From an uncultured bacterium (lineage in GTDB: Bacteria; Planctomycetota; UBA1135; GCA-002686595), in contig CALSNU010000003.1 of NCBI GenBank assembly GCA_943787795.1, positions 480,001 to 544,000 of the forward strand: a stretch of DNA of 64,000 bases. The letters run 5' to 3'. How positions within the stretch are numbered: the first letter of the stretch is position 1; each line of letters opens with the position of its first letter. The notes under the pieces were generated by a model. That model did not search any database. It had not been told where the DNA came from and saw only the letters and a program-made list of their open reading frames with translations. A program made the position numbers and the translations under genes. Positions 55,134 to 62,732 of this stretch are shown piece by piece.

Positions 55134-57824
55134 TCAGCGGTCGTGGGCGTGGCCGTGGTCGTAGTCCATGGCCTCGTCCTCGGTGCGCTTGTCGATGGGG
55201 CCGGTGGACTGGACGGCGCCGGAGAAGAAGAGGGCGTTGAGGAGGAGGCGGCGGGTGCCGTACCAGACGCCGCGGAAGCAGGGGTCGTCGATCATGGCGG
55301 TGACGGTGCCGCCGCCCATGCGGCGCACGCGGACGGCGGGGGTGCCGGCGATCTTCGCCACGTTGGGCTCACTGGCGAAGCCGGAGACCAGGGGGCTCTC
55401 GGTGTAGCGCAGGGGGGTCGCGAAGGGGTCGGGGCCCTCGGGCAGGACGCCCTCGAAGTTACGGAAGACGGGGACAGTGTCCCGGTCGAAGCCGTAGCCC
55501 AGCGGGTGGGTGCGATCGATGCGGGCCTCAAAGATGGTGCCGGCGATGCGCTGCTCGGCGCGGCGGGCCTCGTACTCGCCGTAGGGGATGTCGCCGGGCT
55601 CGGCCTCGTCGTCCTCATCGTGGGCGTCGTGGTCGTGGTCGCTCGCCTTTGTGGTCATGAGGCGTTCGGCCGCCCACAGGGCGGAGCGCTTGGTGGCGAT
55701 CACGTGGCCGCCGTCGCGGACCCAGGCGCCGAGCTGGTCGGCCTCCTTCTCGCCCCAGCCGCCCGTGGCGCCGTTGACGAGGATGACGTGGGTGTAGTCG
55801 GCGAGGTCCAGGCGCGCGAGGCGCGCGCGGTCCACGGTGCTGATCGTGAGGCCGACCCGCGTGTCCAGGTCGTGCCAGACCTCGCCCGCCTCATAGGCGG
55901 AGACGCCCGAACCGATGAGGAGCAGCGGCTTCGGCTCGCGCAGGACGCTGAAGGAGCCGCTGCCGAGGTCGGGGCCCACGTCGGTCAGGCCGGTGGCGAT
56001 GGGGATCAGCTCGAGGCCGTGCTCGCGGGCGTCCAGGAGCGCGGCGGTGATGGCCTTTGCGGAGAGCTCTTGGGGGCCCATGGGCACCAGAATGGCGCCG
56101 GGGTCCAGGGTGACCCGGCGGCCAGCGGACTGGCCGGCGATGGTGACCTCCTTCGTGAGGACGCTGGTGCGGATGCCAGCGGCCTGCAGGTGCGCGAGCC
56201 CGGCGGCGGCGCCGGAGCTGTGCCACTGGAAGGCGTAGGCGGTGACCTCCCCGTCGGACCACAGCTCGCGGTCGGAAGCGTCGCGCGTGGGGTCCGCGAC
56301 CTCGCCCACCAGGTCGCCGCTCCACTTCGCCATCGGCACCGCCTCACAGCGCACGTCAAAGCTCAGGGGGAAGGTCCAGGAGGACACGTCGTAGAAGGTG
56401 TTGTCGTCCCAGGAGGTGCGCGTCTCGAAGAGCGCGCGCACGAGCTTGGCCTGAGGCTGGTCCGAGGGGATGACGTAGGACTCGTCCTCGGGGAAGCCCT
56501 CGAGGTCCTCGGCCAGCTCGTGGACGGCGATGCCGTGGCGCTGGATCCGGTCCACCATCTCGTTCAATCGGAAGCGGTCACGGTCGGTGACCACGTAGCC
56601 GCCGACGTCGCCTTCCCGAGCCTCGGCGCGGGCGTCGCGGAAGAACTCGCGCTGGTACGCGCCGAGCTTGACCCGCATGCGGTCCGCGGCCTCGAGGGTC
56701 GTCAGGGAGGTGGTGAACTGGTTGCGGATCGTGAAGGGGAAGGTGAGCTCGCCGCGCTTGGTGCTCATCAGGTGGCCGCGGGAGCTCGCCTGCTCGAACA
56801 AGATCCCGATGGCGCCCTGGAGGTCGGGGTACGTGGAGCCCTTGCCGTAGTAGAAGTCGTCGAAGCGCTCCTCGGTGAAGTACAGGCTCCCCATGGCGTC
56901 CAGCGCCGCGGCGTGGAACTTCGCGATCTCCCCGGTGAGCTGCTGGTTGCGCTCGGGGGTCAGGGGATTGCGGCGGCTGGGGATCCCCGGCTGGAAGAAG
57001 TAGGTCGAGTCGCTCCCCATCTCGTGGTAGTCGGTGAGCACCGTGGGCATCCAGCGGTGGAAGGCCGCTACGCGCCCGCGGGACTCGGGGTGGGTGAGCA
57101 GCAGCCAGTCTCGGTTCAGGTCGAACCAGTAGTGGTTGGTGCGCCCGCCCGGCCAGGCCTCGTTGTGCTCGCGGGAGGCGGGGTCACCCACCAGCTGCCG
57201 GCCCCGGTGCATGTTCGCCCAGTGGGCGAAGCGCGCGCCGCCGTCGGGGTTCACGCAGGGGTCCACGAGGACCACCGTGCGCTCCAGGTAGGCGTCGAAC
57301 TCCGCGCCGCTGGCGGCGGCGAGGTGATAGAGCAGGAGCAGGCTGGCGTTGGCCGCGCTCGACTCGTTGCCGTGGACGCCGTAGCCCATCCAGACCACCG
57401 AGGGGCCGTCGTAGTCGGCGGCGCCCGTGAGGACCGCCGAGCGGTGGGCGGCGCGGATCTCCTCGATGCGCGCGAGGTTCGCCGGCGAGCTGATGGTGGC
57501 CAGCAGCGTGGGCCGGGCCTCGTGGGTCTGGCCGGTCTGCTCCAAAGCCACGCGCGGGGACTTGTCGGCGACCACCTCGAACCAGCGCACGAGCTGGTCA
57601 TGGCGCACGTGCCAGGTGCCGACGGGCCAGCCGAGGACCGACTCGGGGCGCGGGAAGTCCGGGTCGTAGGCCTGGCCCGAGGGCAGGTACGTCTCCAGGG
57701 TCGGGGGCCAGAGCGTCTCGTGTTCCAGGGCTCCGCCCTGGGCAGCCTCGGCGCGGGGCGCGGCGAGCAGGAGGACGGCGGTGCTGGCGAGGAGGCTACG
57801 TCGGATCAGGGAGAGCGCGGTCAT
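55134..57824 (-). CDS. M14 family zinc carboxypeptidase (secreted)
   Basis: Signal peptide; VHGNES, NPDG, GRTNHYWFDLNRDW, DYHEMG, GILFEQAS. Confidence 0.92.
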   Translation of the reverse strand: MTALSLIRRSLLASTAVLLLAAPRAEAAQGGALEHETLWPPTLETYLPSGQAYDPDFPRPESVLGWPVGTWHVRHDQLVRWFEVVADKSPRVALEQTGQTHEARPTLLATISSPANLARIEEIRAAHRSAVLTGAADYDGPSVVWMGYGVHGNESSAANASLLLLYHLAAASGAEFDAYLERTVVLVDPCVNPDGGARFAHWANMHRGRQLVGDPASREHNEAWPGGRTNHYWFDLNRDWLLLTHPESRGRVAAFHRWMPTVLTDYHEMGSDSTYFFQPGIPSRRNPLTPERNQQLTGEIAKFHAAALDAMGSLYFTEERFDDFYYGKGSTYPDLQGAIGILFEQASSRGHLMSTKRGELTFPFTIRNQFTTSLTTLEAADRMRVKLGAYQREFFRDARAEAREGDVGGYVVTDRDRFRLNEMVDRIQRHGIAVHELAEDLEGFPEDESYVIPSDQPQAKLVRALFETRTSWDDNTFYDVSSWTFPLSFDVRCEAVPMAKWSGDLVGEVADPTRDASDRELWSDGEVTAYAFQWHSSGAAAGLAHLQAAGIRTSVLTKEVTIAGQSAGRRVTLDPGAILVPMGPQELSAKAITAALLDAREHGLELIPIATGLTDVGPDLGSGSFSVLREPKPLLLIGSGVSAYEAGEVWHDLDTRVGLTISTVDRARLARLDLADYTHVILVNGATGGWGEKEADQLGAWVRDGGHVIATKRSALWAAERLMTTKASDHDHDAHDEDDEAEPGDIPYGEYEARRAEQRIAGTIFEARIDRTHPLGYGFDRDTVPVFRNFEGVLPEGPDPFATPLRYTESPLVSGFASEPNVAKIAGTPAVRVRRMGGGTVTAMIDDPCFRGVWYGTRRLLLNALFFSGAVQSTGPIDKRTEDEAMDYDHGHAHDR

Positions 57825-57923
57825 GCAGAGAGTGTGCACGACAGCCCCGCATCTCGGACAGGCTGGGCGCCTCTTCTGCCCGTGGGCGGGCCCGCAGCAG
57901 GCGGAGCCGCGGGCGAGGTGCCC

Positions 57924-58517
57924 TCAGTCTGACCCGCCGGGGAACCAGGGGTCGATGGGCTCTCCGTCGCGCTCCTTGCCCTCCACGAAGCCTCCGCGCA
58001 GGGACGCCGCGTAGGCGGACACCAGCACGATCTCGTTCATGCTTAGCTGGTCCTTCCAGGCGGGCATGCCCGCCGCGATGGAGCCGCCGATGACGGTCTC
58101 GGCCACGTCCTCCAGTTTGCGCACGCGGATGTAGTGGTCGTCGGTCAGGTTCGGACCGGAGACGCCGGCCCCGTCGCTGCCGTGGCAAGAGACGCAGTTC
58201 GCCGCGAAGATCGACTGACCGACCCTCAGCCAACGGCTCTTCTCGGGGTCGGTCATGAACGCGCCCATGGTCCCCGCGGTCGGCGCCAGGTTGCCGATCT
58301 CCGCGAACTGGGCCTGGAGCTCGGCGGTCACGGCGCGGTCGTAGCTCGCCGCGGGGTCCGTCAGGTCCGGGCGGATCACCGACAGGAAGATCGAGCCGAA
58401 GGCCAGCACCGCAGTGGCCAGCGCCGCGAGGGACCACCAGCCGGGGAGGGGGTGGTCTCCCTCCTCGATACCATGCGCCGGGGGGCGCTGGGGCTGGCTG
58501 GGGTCGAGGTCTGACAT
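57924..58517 (-). CDS. ccoP: cbb3-type cytochrome c oxidase subunit III-like monoheme cytochrome c
   Basis: GIEEGDHPLPGWW N-terminal CcoP motif, TM helix, CVSCH, GPNLTDD, GMPAW. Confidence 0.85.
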   Translation of the reverse strand: MSDLDPSQPQRPPAHGIEEGDHPLPGWWSLAALATAVLAFGSIFLSVIRPDLTDPAASYDRAVTAELQAQFAEIGNLAPTAGTMGAFMTDPEKSRWLRVGQSIFAANCVSCHGSDGAGVSGPNLTDDHYIRVRKLEDVAETVIGGSIAAGMPAWKDQLSMNEIVLVSAYAASLRGGFVEGKERDGEPIDPWFPGGSD

Positions 58518-58581
58518 GGCGCAGTAGGAGTGGGCGGCGGGGCGTTGAGTTCAACCGGGGCGCAAGGCCGCGGGGTCTGGG

Positions 58582-60819
58582 CTACTGGGAGCTCGCCGGG
58601 GTGGGGAGGTCGTCTTGGGAGGGTAGCCCGAGCTGCTGGAGGTAGGCCACCAGGGCGATGGCGTCCGAGGCCTCGAGCGGCACCGGCGCGCCGGCGCCCG
58701 GCCGCAGGAGGGGCGCGCCATTCTGGGCCTCGAACTCCGAGACGAGCTCGGCGGCCTGCGCGGCGGCCCGAGACGCGGCGGCGGTCGGGGTCTTGGTGAG
58801 CCCCGAGCGGTGCACGAGTCGCGGGAGGTCCCTGGGCTGCTCGAAGAGGTGCCGGTAGGACGGCATGATCGAGCCGGGGGAGACGGCCCGCGGGTCGTCC
58901 AGGTGGGTGACCTGCCAGCGCGTGGAGCGGCGGCCACCCTCACGTGCGAGGTCGGGGCCGACGCGGCGGGTGCCCCAGAGGGAGGGGCCGGGCTCCACGG
59001 GTTCGGTGTCGGCGCTGATGGGGCCGTACCGCTTGGTATCCGCGAGCAGGGGCCTCACGGCCTGGGTGTGGCAGGTGGCGCAGCCCTCTCGCTCGTAGAC
59101 CGTGCGGCCGTAGGCCTCCAGCGGCGTGAGGGGCGCGGGGGCCGCCGGGGCTGCGCGGAGCAGGGGGCCGAGCTGGATGGTGCCCACGGCGCCCGCCGAG
59201 AGCAGGATCCAGGAGGCGAGCCGGAGGGGCCGGCGCTCGAGGCGTCGGTGCCACCACAGGGAGCAGAATACCTGCAGGCGGCGGCCCCAGTCGAGGATGG
59301 CGCCAGGGGGCGCGGCGGGCGGCGCTTCCGCTTGGGAGAGGGGCTCGAGAGGCGGCTGAGTGACCGAGGTTCGAGGGTAGGAGGACGGCCGGGCGCCCCA
59401 GGTGCGCAGCAGGTTCCAGGCTCCGGTCAGCGCGCCAGTGAAGAACAGCCCAAGCCCCACCAGGTGCAGGAGCCGGTGTCCCTCCACGCGCGTGACGGCC
59501 TCGGTGAACTCGGGGTGCAGCAGGTGCCCCTCGGGGGAGAGGGCGCCGAGGACTCCAGCCTGGGCTGCGCCGCTGAAGCGGAGGGCCGCGGCGGAGGTGA
59601 GGACCCCGAGGGTGGCGAGCCAGAAGTGGGCCCGGGCCAGGCCGGCCGAGTGGAGCGGCGCGTGGAAGATCCGCGGGGCCAGCCAGTAGGACCCGGCGAA
59701 GACCACCGATGCGCCCCAGCCCAGGAAGAGCAGCTCCTGGTGGCCTTCCACCCAGTCCGTCGAGCCCACCGCCGCGCTCACGCGGCGCAGGGCCAGCAGC
59801 GGGTCTTCGAGGGCCGCCAGGGCGAAGAAGAAGAGGGCGGCGACCAGGAACGGACGCGCAGGGTCCCGTTCGTCGCGGACCGCTCGCTGCCCGTCCCGCA
59901 GGGTGGCAGCCAGGTTCAGCACCCCGCTGGTGGACGGCACCCAGACGAGGAAGGCGAAGGCCAGGGCCAGGGCCAGGGCCCAGCCGGGCGTCGGCGTCAG
60001 GTGCAGGTGACGGGGGGCGACCCACAGCTGGATCAGCAGCAGCGACCACAGGTGGACGATCGCCATGCGGTAGGAGTGCAGGGGCGCGCGGCTGATGCGC
60101 GGCGCGAGGTCGTAGGCCACGCCGAACAGGCCGATCACCAGGAGGGCCCCCGCGCCGTTGCGCACGTACCACCACTGGAGGGCCGCGTCGGCGGCCCCTG
60201 TGAAGGGCGGGCTGCCGAGGATCGGGTGGTGGAGCGACGCGAGGGCCGCCGCGATCTGGAGGCCCCCGAAGAGGAGGGTGGCCGCGAGGTAGAACCAGAG
60301 AGACGCGTACATGTAGCGCTGGCGCCGCCGCGTCAGCGTCATGAGGAGCTGGACGCCGAACAGGGTCCAGAGGCCTGCAAGGGCGAGGTCCACCGGGGCC
60401 TCGGCGGGGGAGAGCAGCCGCGGCTCCAGGGCGCCGCCGGCCACGGTCCACGCGGCCCAACCCAGCCCGAGCTGCCAGCCCCACAGGTGAAGCGTCCCGA
60501 GGGGCGCCGCGGCCATGGGCGCGCAACACAGCCGCTGGGTGGAGTGGTGCACCAGGGCGAAGAAGCCGTTCCCCAGGAACCCAAGGAGCATCAGGAGCTC
60601 TGCGAGGGGGCGGAGGCGGCCGAAGCCCAGGGCCGGGTGCACGTCCGCGAGCTCGGGGTGCACGAGGCTCCAGCCGGCCAGCGTGCAGAGCGCGAGGGAG
60701 GCCAGAGCCCAGGTCCACGCGGCCGCCAGGTAGCGGCGGGCCGGGTCGTCGTCGAGCCAGGGCCCGGTCGCGCCGGGGGGGCGGTCCTGGTCGGTGGCTT
60801 GGCGTGGGGCAGCGGTCAT
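58582..60819 (-). CDS. ccoN: fused cbb3-type oxidase subunit I/II (CcoN-CcoO) homolog with degenerate heme-copper site
   Basis: FGRLRP, WGWQ, QWWY, SYR..IVH.W, TDW..GH, HFWLAT scaffold motifs; CcoO part EGCATCH.Q..RP, WG..R.GPDLAREGG, SIMPSY, ALVAYLQQLG. Confidence 0.88.
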   Translation of the reverse strand: MTAAPRQATDQDRPPGATGPWLDDDPARRYLAAAWTWALASLALCTLAGWSLVHPELADVHPALGFGRLRPLAELLMLLGFLGNGFFALVHHSTQRLCCAPMAAAPLGTLHLWGWQLGLGWAAWTVAGGALEPRLLSPAEAPVDLALAGLWTLFGVQLLMTLTRRRQRYMYASLWFYLAATLLFGGLQIAAALASLHHPILGSPPFTGAADAALQWWYVRNGAGALLVIGLFGVAYDLAPRISRAPLHSYRMAIVHLWSLLLIQLWVAPRHLHLTPTPGWALALALAFAFLVWVPSTSGVLNLAATLRDGQRAVRDERDPARPFLVAALFFFALAALEDPLLALRRVSAAVGSTDWVEGHQELLFLGWGASVVFAGSYWLAPRIFHAPLHSAGLARAHFWLATLGVLTSAAALRFSGAAQAGVLGALSPEGHLLHPEFTEAVTRVEGHRLLHLVGLGLFFTGALTGAWNLLRTWGARPSSYPRTSVTQPPLEPLSQAEAPPAAPPGAILDWGRRLQVFCSLWWHRRLERRPLRLASWILLSAGAVGTIQLGPLLRAAPAAPAPLTPLEAYGRTVYEREGCATCHTQAVRPLLADTKRYGPISADTEPVEPGPSLWGTRRVGPDLAREGGRRSTRWQVTHLDDPRAVSPGSIMPSYRHLFEQPRDLPRLVHRSGLTKTPTAAASRAAAQAAELVSEFEAQNGAPLLRPGAGAPVPLEASDAIALVAYLQQLGLPSQDDLPTPASSQ

Positions 60820-60933
60820 GGGAAGAGACGCCGGGTCGGAGCCGGCCGGCGCGGCCTCAGCCTAGCGACCCTGGGACCGCAGCGGAACGGAAGCGGGGTC
60901 GCTGCAAGGCGCCGGGTTTCGGATCGAGCCGGC

Positions 60934-62181
60934 TCAGGCGTCTGCGTCTGGGAGCTCCTCGCTTCGGAGCTCATTGCTTCGGAGTTCCTCGGCGAGCCGG
61001 CCGAGGAACAGCCCGACGTCGGTGACGACGCCCACGGTTTGGGAGGAGCCGCGGTCGCTGAGCTTGGTCACCACCGCGGGGTTGATGTCCACGCACACGA
61101 CACGGACCCACGAGGGCAGCATGTTGCCGACTCCGATGGAGTGCAGCATGGTGCTCAGCATCAGGACCATGCCCGCGTCCTCGAGCTGGTGGGCGTAGGC
61201 CTCCTGCGCCTCGATCAGGTCCATGAGGGTGTCGGGGAGCGGGCCGTCGTCGCGGATCGAGCCGGCCAGCACCACGTCCACGTCGTTCTCGACGCAGGCG
61301 TGCATGATGCCGCTCTTGAGCACGCCCGTGCGCACGGCCTCGGGGATCGAGCCCGCGTGGTTGATGCGGTTGATGGCCCGCATGTGGTTCTTGTGCCCCT
61401 CCTCGACGGGCTTACCTGTGCCGAGGCTCACTCCCAGCGAGGTGCCGAAGAAGCAGTTCTCGATGTCGTGCACCGCGAGGGCGTTCCCCGAGAGGATGGC
61501 GTCGACCCAGCCGCCCTCGATCAGGCTGCGGAAGGGGGTGATGCCGTCGGTGTGGATGACCACAGGGCCTGCGACGAAGATGATCCGCTTGCCCTCCTCG
61601 CGGGTGCGGCGCATCTGGCTCGCCACGCGCTTGACGCTGGTCTCGACGCTGCGCTCCGAGCTGATGTCGTTGCTCATGAACGCGAAGGAGGCGCGCTCAC
61701 CCTGGACCTGGTCCAGGTTGACCCGGACACCGGAGACGCCGCAGACCACGAGGTCGCCGGCGCGCACGTCGCGCAGCTTGCGGCAGAGGGGCTCGCCGCC
61801 CTCGAGGACGATCACAGCGTCCATGCGCTGGGCCCCGACGGAGCGCCAGACCCCATCGAGTCGGATCTCGGTGCGGTGATTGGTGGTGGAGTAGAAATCC
61901 TCGGGCACGCACATGTCGCGCTCGATGGGGACGAGCCGGGCGTCCCTGGCCGAGGCGACCGCGCAGCCGAAGGACAGGGTGGCCTCGATGGTCTCGCGCA
62001 GGGTGGCCTCGTCCTCGGCCGTGATCTTGAGCTCGATCTCAGACTCGTCGGCGTGGGTCGTGCCCACCTCGAAGCGCAGGATCTCGTAGGACGCGCCGTG
62101 CTCGAGGATCTGGTCGAAGATCCGCTCGAGGACGTGGGTGTCGATCAGGTGACCCTTGGCGCTGACGGTCTCGTGGAGCAT
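60934..62181 (-). CDS. TIGR00300 family protein (LOR/SDH-related, ornithine cyclodeaminase-like)
   Basis: GHLID, PEDFYSTTNH, QRMDA, FAFMSNDISSER, GNALAVHDIE, LAGSIRDDGPLP, CVDINP.VVTKLSDRGS. Confidence 0.9.
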   Translation of the reverse strand: MLHETVSAKGHLIDTHVLERIFDQILEHGASYEILRFEVGTTHADESEIELKITAEDEATLRETIEATLSFGCAVASARDARLVPIERDMCVPEDFYSTTNHRTEIRLDGVWRSVGAQRMDAVIVLEGGEPLCRKLRDVRAGDLVVCGVSGVRVNLDQVQGERASFAFMSNDISSERSVETSVKRVASQMRRTREEGKRIIFVAGPVVIHTDGITPFRSLIEGGWVDAILSGNALAVHDIENCFFGTSLGVSLGTGKPVEEGHKNHMRAINRINHAGSIPEAVRTGVLKSGIMHACVENDVDVVLAGSIRDDGPLPDTLMDLIEAQEAYAHQLEDAGMVLMLSTMLHSIGVGNMLPSWVRVVCVDINPAVVTKLSDRGSSQTVGVVTDVGLFLGRLAEELRSNELRSEELPDADA

Positions 62182-62225
62182 GGGGCGGGGAGTGGCGGAG
62201 CGAGCCGGGTCGAGGGAGGGCGACG

Positions 62226-62732
62226 TCAGGCCTCGAGCGGCCCGCGGGAGGCCGACCATCGTGCCACGGGAAGCCTCGGACTGTGAGCGGCAGCGGGCGC
62301 ATCCCAGCCAGGCTCCAGATCCACGAAGACGCTCGCCTCTACCCGGCGACCGTCCACCGCATCCCACGCCTTCAGATCCGTCAGCACGCCGTCGTCGACC
62401 CGGGCGATCAGCTGAACCCAGCCGGCCGGTGTGCCCTCCATGTCCAGGTGGCTGGGACATGCCTCCTGGGCGGAGTGGCTGTGCCAGACGCCGAGGATCT
62501 CGAGGCCCTGAGCGCGGACCGCCTGCTCCTGTCGCAGCAGGTGCACCGGGTCCAGGAAGAACCGGTCCGCGGCCGTGGCGAGGTTCTGGGCGACCGTGAG
62601 GCGGCGGACGCTCCGTTCACCCCCGACGTGCTTCCCGAGGAGGATCCCGCACGCCTCTTGTGGCGCGTGCTCGACCGAGGCGCGGGTGAGCCGGATCACC
62701 TGCCGGCGGTTCAGGGCGATGGGGAGGATCAT
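62226..62732 (-). CDS. Mov34/MPN/JAB (M67) family metallopeptidase
   Basis: PQEACGILLG and JAMM motif WHSHSAQEACPSHLD; ATGA overlap with the upstream dipeptidase. Confidence 0.88.
   Translation of the reverse strand: MILPIALNRRQVIRLTRASVEHAPQEACGILLGKHVGGERSVRRLTVAQNLATAADRFFLDPVHLLRQEQAVRAQGLEILGVWHSHSAQEACPSHLDMEGTPAGWVQLIARVDDGVLTDLKAWDAVDGRRVEASVFVDLEPGWDAPAAAHSPRLPVARWSASRGPLEA

Noticed and set aside
58544..58555. GTTGAGTTCAAC palindrome between ccoNO and ccoP as an FNR box
   Set aside because: Spacing is TTGA-N2-TCAA rather than TTGA-N6-TCAA, and it is inside the operon.
58582..60819. Interpreting the CcoN homolog as a nitric oxide reductase (NorB)
   Set aside because: NORs retain all six His ligands; this protein lacks four and has cbb3-specific motifs, a fused CcoO and an adjacent CcoP.
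55104..62286. Very long plus-strand ORFs 55104..57932 and 58810..62286 (likewise 9173..11740, 20262..22850, 45025..47382, 50172..53270)
   Set aside because: Antisense shadows of well-supported genes; high-GC codon bias suppresses stops and the translations carry no family motifs.
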